From positions 91,946,001-92,010,000 of the forward strand of contig NC_135808.1 in the NCBI RefSeq assembly GCF_964213995.1: a stretch of DNA of 64,000 nt, given 5' to 3'. The stretch's first letter is position 1, and each line of letters starts with the position of its first letter. Position numbers and translations under genes: made by a program. The stretch comes from Mustelus asterias (taxonomy: Eukaryota). Below, piece after piece: positions 49,632-61,767 of this stretch. The notes beneath the pieces were generated by a model. It saw only the letters and a program-made list of their open reading frames with translations, had not been told where the DNA came from and did not search any database.

Positions 49632-50567
49632 CACTCTGACACGAGCTGTGCAGACTTATAGGTGACAAATCATTATTGATATGATATGCCCAGAAGGCTG
49701 CTGATGGCTGTAGAACTGTATCCCAGTAACATCCCGTGCAGTGAGGCAAGGACTAGGTTGCATAACAAGTCCTGGCTCTCTAATGATACGGGTGAACTTT
49801 AAGCAATATGGAATGAGTGAACCAGCTTATCTCTTCACCAACAAACCGCTCACTCGGAAATGCTACTGAAGGGTTCAAAAGATTACAGAAGGAAGCTTCA
49901 TCAAAAACAGTACAGTATCAGTGTGATGACGGAAGCCAGGCTAAAAGAGCTGTGTTAAGGAGTTCTGAGAAATACCAGTAGATAAAGCTTGTGCCAGGTG
50001 TCAACTAGCTCCACAAATATATCAAGGTTTGTTTTCATTTGATTCTCTTCTGTTCCAAGTGACCCTGTCATGTTTACACAGAAAACAGCCTCAAACATTG
50101 TGTGGATACTAACAGTGTAGCCGTTAATGGTTTATTATTTGAATTTGGCATCTGGCCACTTTTGATAAAGTTGACCCGATTGCACAAAGGCAAGTTGCCA
50201 TGGTTGCAATAAGAGAAAATGTTTATGGTGAAATTCTGATACTGTACTTAGCAGTTCCGTCAATAATTCTCAGTTCAGCTGCTCGTTGACTAACATTGCT
50301 GTGGTGGTCCTGGAAGACAAGACAATGCCAAACTCCTCAGGAAAATCATATCCAACTCAGTCAGAACAATTTGCTACTTTTAAAATAAATGAGAGGAAGA
50401 AACTATTTAGCTATTCTCTTTACTTTAAACAGAAACTGAAAGACAACTTAATTTATTAACAGAGGCTCAAAAGTTATTGATTTTAAAAAAAGGTAAAGTT
50501 GCCATAATCCCAGATGAGCATAGGCTGCTCGCTCCTTTGAGGTGGAAAGCTGATTGGTGGAGATTTA

Positions 50568-51054
50568 TGATGTGGAGATGCTGGTGGTGGACTGGGGTAA
50601 ACACAGTAAGAAGTCTAACACCACCAGGTTAAAGTCCAACAGGTTTATTTGGTAGCAAAAGCCACTAGCTTTCGGAACAGGCTGTCCCTTCGTCAGGTGG
50701 GTGGGAGTTCTGATCACAAACAGGGCACAAAGACACAAACTCAATTTACATGAATAATGATTGGAATGTGAGTCTTGACAGCTAATCAAGTCTTAAAGGT
50801 ACAGACAATGTGAGTGGAGAGAGCATTAAGCACAGGTTAAAGAGATGTGTATTGTCTCCAGACAGGACAGCTAGTGAGATTTTGCACATCCAGACAGGTT
50901 GTGGGGGTTACAGATAGTGTGACATGAATCCAATATCCCGGTTGAGGTCGTCCTCATGTGTGCAGAACCTGGCTATCAGTCTCTGCTCAGTGATTCTGCG
51001 CTGTCGTGTGTCATGAAGGCCATCTTGGAGAACGCTTACCCAGAGATCAGAGGC
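50568..51054 (-). mobile_element. PLE family 1 3' fragment
   Basis: TSD tggagattta at 50558-50567 and 51055-51064; GIY-YIG C-terminal remnant and terminus. Confidence 0.88.
50662..50700 (-). ncRNA. Minimal hammerhead ribozyme motif (intact core)
   Basis: ccac-CTGACGA-a-gggacag.c.ctgttcc-GAAA-gc-TA-gtgg. Confidence 0.65.
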
Positions 51055-51584
51055 TGGAGATTTAGCCAAGGATCATCACACCTTTGCAAATAACCTCAGC
51101 CACTACGGGAATTAACCCATGATGTTGACATCACTCTGCATCATGAACCAGTTACCAAGCCAACTGAGTTAACCGATTTCCCTAATAGTTGGCCTTCCAT
51201 TGAGAGATTTGGTTTTATTTGTTAGTTTTGTATTTTCTAGTTCTGAAGAGGCTGCTCCAGGTGGGATCTTGTTTTGTGGATCCTTCGTTACGCTTCAGTT
51301 CCTTGGGTCCAGTGTTGTTCTTTATCTGTAATACTGTAGCATATAACATACAACCCTAATCCCAGCAAAAACACATATTCTTCTCCAGATGGGTTCAGCG
51401 ATGCGGAGAATGTTTGGAGAAGCTTAGCCACTTACTCTTCTCTTCTGCCTGGACTTCCTGAAGCCACATCTAATGCCCAGATTTTCAGGTTTTGGGATTT
51501 ATAATTAGGATGTGTTCTGTTCAGTGACATTAGTAACTTCATACATTCAGCTGAAAGTAATTAGATATTAAATATTAATATTTA

Positions 51585-52290
51585 CATAGATTACATTAAA
51601 TATACAGAAACAGGCCCATCAATCCATCCTAGCATTTATGCTCCACTCGAGCCTCTTCTCATCCTTCCTTCCCTATTTCTATCAGCATAATCTTCTATTC
51701 CCCTCTCCCTCATGCTTATTTAGCTTTCCCTTGAACATATTTGTACAATTCACCTTCGCTACTCCCTGTTGCAGCAAGTTCCACAATCTTATCACTCTAT
51801 GGTAAAGAAGTTTTTTCTGAATTCCCTATTTGATTTCTTGTCACTGTCTTATATTTATGGCCTCTCCTATTGCTTTTCCCCTCAAGTGAAAACATCTGTC
51901 CACTCTTTCGTCATTTGAAATGCCTCGATTCAACAGAAAAGAGACCCACCTGTTCATTCTTCCCTAATAGATATAATATCATAGTTCTTGGTTTCATCCT
52001 TATGAATCATTTTTTGCACCTGCCTCCGTGCCTTTATATCCTTTTTATGATATGGCGACCATACTTGTGTAGTGTGCTCCAAGTGTGGCCTTGCCAGGTT
52101 TTGATACAAGTTTAACATATTTGTCGAGAGGTAAACCCTCATGTTTGATTTGCGTTTGTTATGGCCTTATTGACCTGTGTCACCATTTGTAGTGATTTAT
52201 ATCTTCATACCCGGAGATCCCTTTGTTCCTGTACACCATTTTGATTCTCATTTTCTCAGTAATATATGATCTCCCTATTTTTCTGACCAA
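51585..52290 (-). mobile_element. Old CR1 3' part
   Basis: LYQNLARPHLEHTTQVWSPYHKKDI. Confidence 0.75.
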
Positions 52291-53523
52291 ACTGTCTACA
52301 GCACCAATTTTGTCTAAAGTACGCGGGTCAGATTTTAACTTCAACAACTCAGTTAGCCCAGTAATGTCACCAATGTAGTTTCTCTGTTGCTAAGTGGAAA
52401 GAACCCATGTTGAATTGAACTTTGCATGCCTGAAGGTCCCGGGTTCAATCCCTGACCTCTGCACTCCTGAACTGAGAAGGGGCAATATTAGCCAGAGTAC
52501 CTGCTCATATCCAGGGAAAATGCAGATGTCAGGCGAGAAGAGAATGAAGTCAGGTTATTATGCCACTTGCACTTAAACAGCTGCCAATGCTCAGTGACAA
52601 AGCTACTGCGCAATGGAAGATTGTCTGGGGCAAGGTGACAGAGATCAGAAGTGCTTGCAAAATTGCATCTCATGCTGAGTCAGTATCTTCAATCAGAGGA
52701 GAGAAAATTTGAAAATACAGAACTATTTTTGGAACGGAAAAATGATTTTGCCAATTAAGCGGTACAGTAAATTTAATTTGCAACATTGTATTTTATGTTG
52801 CAATTTCAGTTAAATTGATTGAAACAGATGGAAAGCTAAAATTGGAACGTATTAGTCATAATATTTGGGGTTAGCTTTCTGGTTAAGTTTTAGTGCCTGT
52901 AAGCTTTATGTAAATCATTGCCAATATGCATGAAATACATGTGTTTTTTAAAGTTGACATGCTCGCTTTGTAATCAATTGTATGCAAAGAGGTGAGACTC
53001 AGAGGAATGGCTATGCAGGGAACTCGATTGGGATGTGTGTGAAATGTAATTTATGTCGGTGTTGGATCCCCTCCTGCTTAGAGGAAGCACACATGCACAA
53101 AGTGTTGGAAAGTTGAGTCTCTGCAGTAGACGGTCACTGTGTTCAAGCAGTAAGTAGTGTGTTCACTGTGTTCAAGCAAATTTCGTAACATCAGCTAGAA
53201 TTGCAATCTTCGAAGAGACAGGGTTGGGTTCTAATTGCCTCGGAAACCAGAGAGGAAGGCAGTTACGCCGGAGCTGGAAACTTATCTAATCATTTGCCAT
53301 CTTGATCAGGCTGGCTACAACTTCAAATTATAGCTGATAAAGATACTTGTTCAAGCCAGCAGGGTCTTATTTTAATATGTTGATCTAAGCCAACGAGGTG
53401 CCATTTTTATCTGAAGCTGGAGTGAGACAAGGTCCATGTCAAATAAGGATTCTTGAAAGGAAGGCATTAAAAATGCAAAGTGCTGGACTTCTAATGCACT
53501 ATAATTCTGTCAAGATAATGGCA

Positions 53524-54315
53524 TGATGTGGAGATGCCGCGTTGGACTGGGGTAAACACAGTAAGGAGTTTAACAACACCAGGTTAAAGTCCAACAGGTT
53601 TATTTGGTAGCAAAAGCCATACAAGCTTTCGGAGCTCCAAGCCCCTTCTTCGGGTGAGTAGGAATTCTGTTCACAAACAGGGCAGATAAAGACACAGACT
53701 CAATTTACATGAATAATGGTTGGAATGCGAATACTTACAGCTAATCAAGTCTTTAAGATACAAACAACGTGAGTGGAGAGAGCATCAAGACAGGCTAAAA
53801 AGATGTGTATTGTCTCCAGACAAGACAGCCAGTGAAACTCTGCAGGTCCAGGCAAGCTGTGGGGGTTACAAATAGTGTGACATGAACCCAATATCCCGGT
53901 TGAGGCCGTCCTCGTGTGTGTGGAACTTGGCTATCAGTTTCTGCTCAGCGACTCTGCGCCGTCGTGTGTCGTGAAGGCCACCTTGGGTTCATGTCACACT
54001 ATTTGTAACCCCCACAGCTTGCCTGGACCTGCAGAGTTTCACTGGCTGTCTTGTCTGGAGACAATACACATCTTTTTAGCCTGTCTTGATGCTCTCTCCA
54101 CTCACGTTGTTTGTATCTTAAAGACTTGATTAGCTGTAAGTATTCGCATTCCAACTATTATTCATGTAAATTGAGTCTGTGTCTTTATATGCCCTGTTTG
54201 TGAGCAGAATTCCCACTCACCTGAAGAAGGGGCTTGGAGCTCCGAAAGCTTGTGTGGCTTTTGCTACCAAATAAACCTGTTGGACTTTAACCTGGTGTTG
54301 TTAAACTTCTTACTG
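53524..54315. mobile_element. PLE family 1 insertion forming a 333-bp-arm inverted repeat
   Basis: Arms 53559-53891 / 53983-54315; 12-bp TSD aagataatggca at 53512-53523 and 54316-54327. Confidence 0.93.
54218..54254 (+). ncRNA. Minimal hammerhead ribozyme motif (intact core)
   Basis: cac-CTGAAGA-a-ggggc.ttgga.gctcc-GAAA-gc-TT-gtg. Confidence 0.6.
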
Positions 54316-54365
54316 AAGATAATGGCACCCAGCCAGTTACACCCCACCAGATACTCAGAACCCCC

Positions 54366-55205
54366 TGTGAAGGATTAAATAACCCCATGCCCTATTGGTT
54401 TCTACTATCTAAAAATATGTCAAAATGTTTCTGAGATGAAAGATCCAAAAACTGATTAGTTGGTCTACAACAAAGACTGCAAGGCATGTTAACCGAATAC
54501 CTTCCCAGGTATATACAAACAGGAGGTTTAAGAACTGGTCTTGCAAAGCCAGAGAGAAAGTCAGGTGGGAAAGAACTGCTTAAAAAGAGCAGTGAGCAAT
54601 CCAGCAAAGTGCAGTACCTGAACTTCAACTTCAGGAAACCATCTCACCTCAGCCGCAATGTTCAACAAAAATATGCTTCGCGGACAAGCAAAAGGATTTA
54701 ATCATGTATTCTATTAACTTTTAATTCGTTTCTCATTTTCTTACTTCCGATCTGTGCGTGTGTTGTTACATCTGTATTGGGGGGGGGGGGGGGGGGGGGG
54801 GGCGGGGGGTGTCACCGCAGTGTATTTCTCGTTGCCGGAGGCGGCACGCCATTCGTCGGTGGTTGGTTCTTCGGGTCTTGTCGCTTTTAATAGGAGTTCT
54901 CATTGATTACACCCCAGACCATCGGGAAACCCGCAACGGGAGTACACCGTCAGTGGGACCAGATGATCCATTCAGCCTGAATAGCTGGAAAATTCCTGGC
55001 CTTTTTTTTGTGGGTTTAGTAACTAATAAATTTACTCTTTCTTTGAGTCAAGAAAACTTGGTTTGATTGCTTCTTATTATCAAATAAAGAGATTTGGATT
55101 GAAAAAAGCATTCATGGGGAAAAATATCTTCAACGCCTTTGTTGCGACCAACTGAGGGGGCTGAAATAAAGGGGAGGCAGTTCACTCCTCCTCAACCATC
55201 ATAAT
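54366..55205 (+). mobile_element. Solo-LTR-like element related to 28485-29426, with a MITE-like insert at ~54810-55000
   Basis: aataaatttactctttctttgagtcaagaaaac and tttgttgcgaccaactgagggggctgaaataaagggg match the reverse complement of 28540-28720. Confidence 0.45.
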
Positions 55206-56033
55206 AATACATTGAACCTCCTAATCTCCCTTAACCTGACCTATGCAGGCACAAAGAGATTAGAGAATTAAAGATATACTTTCATTGTTTTTACATATTA
55301 CAGTGAAAGCAAGAACATGAATGCAGTTGATAAGAATATGGAAACAATGGAGAAAGCAAACTGTGGAAAAATAATTAGCTCTGAAAATGATTAGCAGCCG
55401 GAAGTGGATAGCTCTTGGGTTCTGATGACATGTGGCTTAGGCTTTTGAAAGAAATCAGAGAAGAGATACAGAAGCCAGTCTTTCAGCCTTCTTTATATAA
55501 TATCTTGGATCAAGAAGGAAAAAAAATGTTACACTGTAACTATAGACCAATTAACCTAATATCAATTATGGAAAAATTGCTGAGGGAAAATTAGGAAGCG
55601 TTTAAAGATGCATCAGATAAGTGAGGACAGTATGCTTGGATTTCTTAAAGGCAGGTTATGTTTGACACATATCATTTTTAAAAAAAATTAATGATAGGAA
55701 AGATAGGGGGAGGCGATGGCCTAATTGTATTATCGCTAGACTATTAATCCAGAAACTCAGCTAACACTCTGTGGAACCAGGTTCGAATCCCGCCACGGCA
55801 GATGATGGAATTTGAATTCAGTAAAAAATATCTGGAATTAAGAATCGACTGATGACCATGGAACCATTGTCAATTGTAGGAGAAACCCATCTGGTTCACT
55901 AATGTCCCTTTCGGAAAAGAAATCTGCCATCCTTACCTGGTCTGGCTTTCATGTGACTCCAGAGCCACAGTAATGTGGTTGACTTTCAACTGCCCTCTGA
56001 ACAAGAGCAACTAGGGATGGGCAATAAATGCTG

Positions 56034-56560
56034 TAAGAAGTCTCACAACACCAGGTTAAAGTCCAACAGGTTTATTTGGTAGCAAATACCATAAGCTTTC
56101 GGAGCACTGCTCCTTCGTCAGATGGAGTGGAAATGTGCTCTCAAACAGTGCACAGACACAGAAATCAAGTTACAGAATATTAATTAGAATGCGAATCTCT
56201 ACAGCCAGCCAGGTCTTAAAGGTACAGACAATGTGGGTGGAGGGAGCATTCAACACAGGGTAAAGAGATGTGTATTGTCTCCAGACAGAACAGCTAGTGA
56301 GATTCTGCAAGACCAGGGGGAAAAGCTGTGGGGGTTACTGATAATGTGACATAAATCCAACATCCCGGTTTAGGCCATCCTCATGTGTGCTCAGTTTCTG
56401 CTCAGCGTCTCTGCGCTGTCGTGTGTCGTGAAGGCCGCCTTGGAGAACGCTTACCTGAAGATCCAAGGCTGAATGCCCATGACTGCTGAAGTGCTCCCCC
56501 ACAGGAAGAGAACAGTCTTGCCTGGTGATTGTCGAGCGGTATTCATTCATCCGTTGTCTG
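56034..56560 (-). mobile_element. PLE family 1 3' fragment with GIY-YIG C-terminus
   Basis: RQRMNEYRSTITRQDCSLPVGEHFSSHGHSALDLQVSVLQGG...THEDGLNRD. Confidence 0.9.
56089..56125 (-). ncRNA. Minimal hammerhead ribozyme motif (intact core)
   Basis: ccat-CTGACGA-a-ggagca.g.tgctcc-GAAA-gc-TT-atgg. Confidence 0.65.
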
Positions 56561-56561
56561 G

Positions 56562-56635
56562 TGATTTCAATGGCCAGCTCCCCACCATAAACCATGTATG
56601 CAAAATCCGTGTCCTGCCCCCAATCCTGCCTCTGC
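56562..56635 (-). repeat. Exact 74-bp inverted copy of 57460-57533
   Basis: Base-by-base reverse-complement identity. Confidence 0.95.
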
Positions 56636-57588
56636 TGGCCAGCCAGCGACACCCAGGTTCCACAAGTGAATAAAAAAAACATAATCCAGTGGAATTAGGA
56701 TTTTCAGAAGATATTCAATAATGTGTTTTGCCAGAGCTTGTTAGAAATCTTTAGGAATGTGGTATAAAAGAAAGTAACAGCATGGGTAGAAAGGTGATAG
56801 GTAAGAAATGTGGCATTGGGAAAGATAGATATTGCTCAGATTGGAGAAGGGCCAGTAATGGAATATCCCAGGGGTCAGTGCCAGCTCCATTTTTGTTCTC
56901 TGTACGCAATGATGGTTTTTGAATGTATTTATAGGCAATATAATCTCAACATTTGCTGAAGAGACAAATGTACAAAGTTTTGCAAAGAGTTAGGAGGACT
57001 GTAAAAGTCTTCACGGGCATAGTTGAATGGATAGATAGTGCTAAATATGATTTAATATAGGCAAGTATAAAATTATGCATTTTGGAAGAAAAAGCAAGGG
57101 CTGAGAGAATGACATTTTCTGAAAAAAAATGTCCAGCTGGCCAAACCAAATGCAAGAATTGAAGCCATATTCCCATTCCCTGCTCTCTCCGATCCCATTC
57201 CTACCTTCTTTGAAAGTTGGTAAGAGGTGACAGCACCTATGTACCAGCAGCATCTGCCAATGATTCCAGATTCATAGTGTTACAAATTCTAAAGTACAAA
57301 CAGCATCTAACGGAGCTTAGTGTGATTATATATGTTAAATATTTGCATAGCTAAGGCTCAAATTTGCATCAGGATGGAGAGGCTAGCGTTCATAATGAAA
57401 ATAGTGGAAATGCCTGAAAATTTGAAGCCCTTTCCCCGAACACAGCACTTCCTGTTCTTGCAGAGGCAGGATTGGGGGCAGGACACGGATTTTGCATACA
57501 TGGTTTATGGTGGGGAGCTGGCCATTGAAATCAGCAGCTGCCTCCATTCAAGTGGGATTTAGTTAAGCCAGGACTGTGAAACACAAGA

Positions 57589-59938
57589 GAATAGCCCGAC
57601 TACTAGAGAGGGGGCTATACCGGACCTAGTACTGGGGAATGAGCCCGGTCAGGTCTTCAAAGTTTCGGTAGGGGAACATGTGGCAAATAGAGACCACAAT
57701 TCTGTTAGCTTTGGGATAGTGATGGAAAAGGATGAGTGGTGTCCCAAGGATAAGGTGTTGGATTGGGGGAAGGCTAACTTTAGTGGGATTAGGCAGAAAT
57801 TGGCAGCTGTTGATTGGGAGAGGCTGTTTGAGGGTAAATCCACATCTGGCATGTGGGAGTCTTTTAAGGAACAGTTGTTAGGGCTGCAGGATAGGCATGT
57901 GCCTGTAAAAAAGGATAGGAAGGGTAGGATTCGAGAACCGTGGATAACCAGGGAAATTGAGGGATTGGTCAAAAAGAAAAGAGGCGTATGTTAGGTCCAG
58001 GCAGCTAAAAACGGAGGGAGCTCTGGAGGAATACAAAGAAAGTAGGAAATAACTCAAACGAGGAATTAGAAGGGCAAAAAGGGGTCACGAAATGTCCTTG
58101 GCAGACAGGATTAAGGAGAATCCCAAGTCATTTTATTCATACGCTAGGAACAAAGGGTTGTCAGGGAAAAAATCGGACCTCTCAGGGACAAAAGTGGGGA
58201 CTTATGCTTGGAGCCCAAAGAAGTAGGGGAGATCCTAAATGAATACTTTGCGTCGGTATTCACAAAGGAGAGGGATGCGTTGACTGGGAGTGTCTCGGAG
58301 GGGAGTGTTGACCCGTAAGAGAAAATCTCCATTACAAGGGAGGAAGTGTTAGGTTTTTTAGGGAATATAAAGACTGACAAATCCCCAGGGCCTGATGGAA
58401 TCTATCCAAGGCTGCTCAGGGAGACGAGAGACTAAATCGCTGGGCCTCTGACGCAAATCTTTGTCTCGTCACTGGACACAGGTGAGGTCCCAGAGGATTG
58501 GAGGATAGCTAATGTGGTCCCGTTATTTAAGAAGGGTAGGACGGATAACCCGGGAAATTATAGGCCGGTGAGCTTGACGTCCGTGGTAGGGAAGTTGTTG
58601 GAGAGGATTCTTAGAGATAGGATGTATGCGCATTTAGAAAGGAATAAACTCATTAACGATAGTCAGCATGGTTTTGTGAGAGGGATGTCATGCCTCACTA
58701 ACCTGGTGGAGTTTTTTGAAGTGACTAGAATGGTTGACGAGGGAAGGGCCGTGGATGTTGTCTATATGGACTTTAGTAAAGCGTTTGAAAAAGTCCCTCA
58801 TGGTAGGTTGGTGCAAAAGGTTGGATCTCATAGGATAAAGGGGGAGGTGGCTAGATGGGTGGAGAACTGGCTTGGTCACAGAAGACAGAGGGTGGTAGTG
58901 GAAGGGTCTTTTTCCGGCTGGATGCCTGTGACTAGTGGTGTTCCGCAGGGCTCTGTATTGGGACCTCTGCTGTTCGTGATTTATATAAATGATCTGGAAG
59001 AAGGTGTAACTGGGGTGATCAGTAAGTTTGCGGACGACACGAAAATGGCTGGACTTGCAGATAATGAGGAACATTGTCAGAGGATACAGCAGGATATAGA
59101 CAGGCTGGAAATGTGGGCAAAGAAATGGCAGATGGAGTTCAATCCAGATAAATGCGAAGTGATGCATTTTGGTAGAACTAATGTAGGGGGGAGCTATACG
59201 ATAAATGGCAGAACCATAAAGGGTGTAGATACGCAGAGGGACCTGGGTGTGCAAGTCCACAGATCCTTGAAGGTGACGTCACAGGTGGAGAAGCTAGTGA
59301 ATAAGGCATATGGCATGCTTGCCTTTATAAGACGGGGCATAGAGTATAAAAGTTGGGGTCTGATGTTGCAGTTGTATAGAACGTTGGTTCGGCGCATTTG
59401 GAATACTGCGTCCAGTTCTGGTCGCCACACTACCAGAAGGACGTGGAGGCTTTAGAGAGAGTGCACAGGAAGTTTACCAGGATGTTGCCTGGTATGGAGG
59501 GGCTTAGTTATGAGGAGAGATTGGGTAAACTGGGGTTGTTCTCACTGGAAAGACGGAGGACGAGGGGTGACCTAATAGAGGTGTATAAAATTATGAAAGG
59601 CATAGACAGGGTGAACGGTGGGAGGCTTTTTCCCAGGTCGGTGGTTACGTTCACGAGGGGTCATAGGTTCAAGGTGAGGGGGGGGGGGGGGGGGGGGAGG
59701 TTTAACACGGATATCAGAAGATCGTATTTTACACAGAGGGTGGTGGGGGCCTGGAATGCGCTGCTGGGCAAGGTGGTGGAGGCGGACACACTGGGAACGT
59801 TTAAGACTTATCTAGATAGCCACATGAACGGAGTGGGAATGGAGGGATACAAAAGAATGGTCTAGTTTGGACTAGGGAGCGGCGCGGGCTTGGAGGGCCG
59901 AAGGGCCTGTTCCTGTGCTGTATTGTTCTTTGTTCTTT
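57589..59938 (+). mobile_element. 5'-truncated, relatively young CR1 LINE (end of APE, RT, 3' tail)
   Basis: Colinear ORF2 pieces with premature stops; tail ttgttctttgttcttt. Confidence 0.95.
58514..59455 (+). pseudogene. CR1 reverse transcriptase core (open 313-aa stretch)
   Basis: [48 protein letters not shown]. Confidence 0.93.
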
Positions 59939-60909
59939 AATGCAAATTACACCAGGTGAGAGCTGGTCTGAAATTGGTGGATTTGTTTGTACAGTCAGGG
60001 TTTGTTTGGACAGTCAGGATACCCCTTTGGATCTGGTCCCGGGACACCGATGGGAAAGAGAAAGTGCCCTTTGGTTGAGGTCAAGTGCCCTTTGGAAATG
60101 TTAAAACTAGGCATAAATGGCTGCAAAAAGTGCCTAAACTCATTAACTGTCAAGTTCATTGGAACTGTCAACAGACCAGTCAAAATCAACTGTCAAAATG
60201 GTCAGAAGCATCCATCAAAGGGAGCTGTCAAATTGTCATGGTATTTCAAAGTCTTTCCCCTTAAAATCTTTGAAAAACATATCTGGAGTGTTGCAAACAA
60301 AGGTTGCTTGCTATCTCGCGCCATCTGTTGCTGTAAACCTGAAGACTTCCATTAATGGATTGGTGCTGCGTGACTGGTTTCACAACTATATGAGGTGAGA
60401 TAGCATGGCAGGTGTAAGGGCAAAGGGTGGGGTGGGGCATGGGTTTGCATCAGGTGGCATAGGGTTATAAAGGGCCATGGGAGTGGGTGGGGGCATAGGT
60501 TGGCATGGAGGGTATGAGGAGTTAAGGGGGCATGAGGTGGCATGATTTTGCATGTGGCAACCCATGGGGCATGGGGATTGCGTAGGGAGGAGTTGAGGGG
60601 GTGAGGGCTAGAGGGATGTTTCATGTTTTAATCTTTAGTTTTAAGCTTTGGACACAGTGCTAGCATCCAGGTTTTCTGCCCAGCCTGCCCCTGCATCTGT
60701 CATCCTCATCAGTTCTTCCTTTTCACCCACTCCAAACTTCTAATCCAGCCTGCTCCCCTTCCCTGGGATCTAAAATCTGACATCCAGGCGAACGGAGCTG
60801 GGGATTCTCCAGTCTTTGTGCACCTGAGCTTGGAGAGAAAATCTGGGCCTTTTAAGTGTGTGGACTATATTTGAAGAAGGGATTATCAGGCTATAATTCT
60901 AATATTTAG

Positions 60910-61231
60910 GGAATCGTAGAATTCCCTAAATGGGCCATCCAGCCAATCGAGTCTGCACTGACTCTCTGACAGAGCATCTCACCCAGGCCCTATCCCTGAA
61001 ACCCCATATATTTCACTCACTAGTCCCCCAAACCATACATTTTGGGACACTAAAAGGCAATTTAGCATGGCCAATGTACCTAACCTGAACATCTTAAGAT
61101 ATGGGAGGAATCCCATGCAGAGACAGGGAGAATGCGCAAACTCCACACTGACAGTCATCCAAGGCCAGAATTGAACCTGGGTCCCTGGCACTGTGAGGCA
61201 GCAGTGCTAACCACTGTGCCACCATGCCACC
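60910..61231 (-). mobile_element. HE1-type V-SINE variant
   Basis: Head, V-domain, tail gggcctgggtgagatgctctgtcagagagtc, as in 21204. Confidence 0.82.
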
Positions 61232-61279
61232 CTAATTTTAGAAGTTTTAGAATAATTTTCAATGTCACCTGAGTGAACC

Positions 61280-61422
61280 CCGATCGCTGCCACAAACCTC
61301 TGACCTCATCCAGGCTAGGATTCTCCAGTGCCGCTGAAGTGAATGGAGTTTTGGCTGAGCGCCAAATTCTCCATTCTCGCTGGCAGTGGGACTACTACAG
61401 ATGAGATTGGAGAATCTCGCCC
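61280..61422. mobile_element. Harbinger-like MITE
   Basis: ggattctccagtgccgctg...ggctgagcgccaaattctcc...ggagaatctcgccc; homologous to 8257. Confidence 0.5.
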
Positions 61423-61767
61423 ACATCTTTCTTTTAGGGGTAGGAAATTCCTTATTTGGCTACTGCATCCTGATTACCCGGACATGTGAAGGAGATCAAG
61501 ATATTCTATCTAAAAGTTGAGATGCACAGACTACAACTGATTATTGTCCTAAGAATTTGTACGTTTATGTGATTTGCTGCTGATACGTCAATGTCCAAAC
61601 AATAGCATTCATGATGGAAAAGGAAGAAAACCCTCTGGTCAATCTCTGTGCTTTTTTAAGTCAGCTGATCTCAGGCAGGACACTGATTGTGGTACCAAAA
61701 TTGTTTCCATTGCCCCTGGGCAAGAACAAGAGGGAAATCTTTTCTCAGCCCCCAATCTGAGCACTTT

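Larger units (their letters stand above)
50486..51176 (-). mobile_element. tRNA-derived SINE split by a PLE insertion (pieces 50486-50567 and 51065-51176)
   Basis: Reverse-complement head tcggttaactcagttggc...gggttaattccc; tail ctgggattatggcaactttacctttt. Confidence 0.6.
55707..56680 (+). mobile_element. SINE family C, split by a PLE at 56034-56632
   Basis: Head/core at 55707-56033 ends gggcaataaatgctg; tail resumes tgctggccagccagcgacacc...gaataaaaaaaa at 56633. Confidence 0.85.
55420..57095 (+). mobile_element. Very old CR1 RT remnant (pieces ~55420-55700 and ~56690-57095) hosting nested insertions
   Basis: aactatagaccaattaaccta (NYRPI), ggatttcttaaaggcaggttatgtttgac, gatttt-cagaag, ccccaggggtcagtg-like motifs in colinear order. 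Confidence 0.55.

Noticed and set aside
54779-54809. Poly-G runs / G-quadruplex potential (also ~6306, 17152, 18643, 35113, 59677)
   Set aside because: Homopolymer expansions, mostly within repeats, and error-prone in sequencing; no evidence of function.
58514-59455. 313-aa RT ORF as an active or domesticated gene
   Set aside because: Flanked by in-frame stops and frameshifts within a 5'-truncated CR1.
59987-60850. 122-aa ORF and GC-rich ggcat repeats
   Set aside because: No recognisable domain; looks like decayed DNA-transposon interior, as do ~5850-6950 and ~27950-28480.
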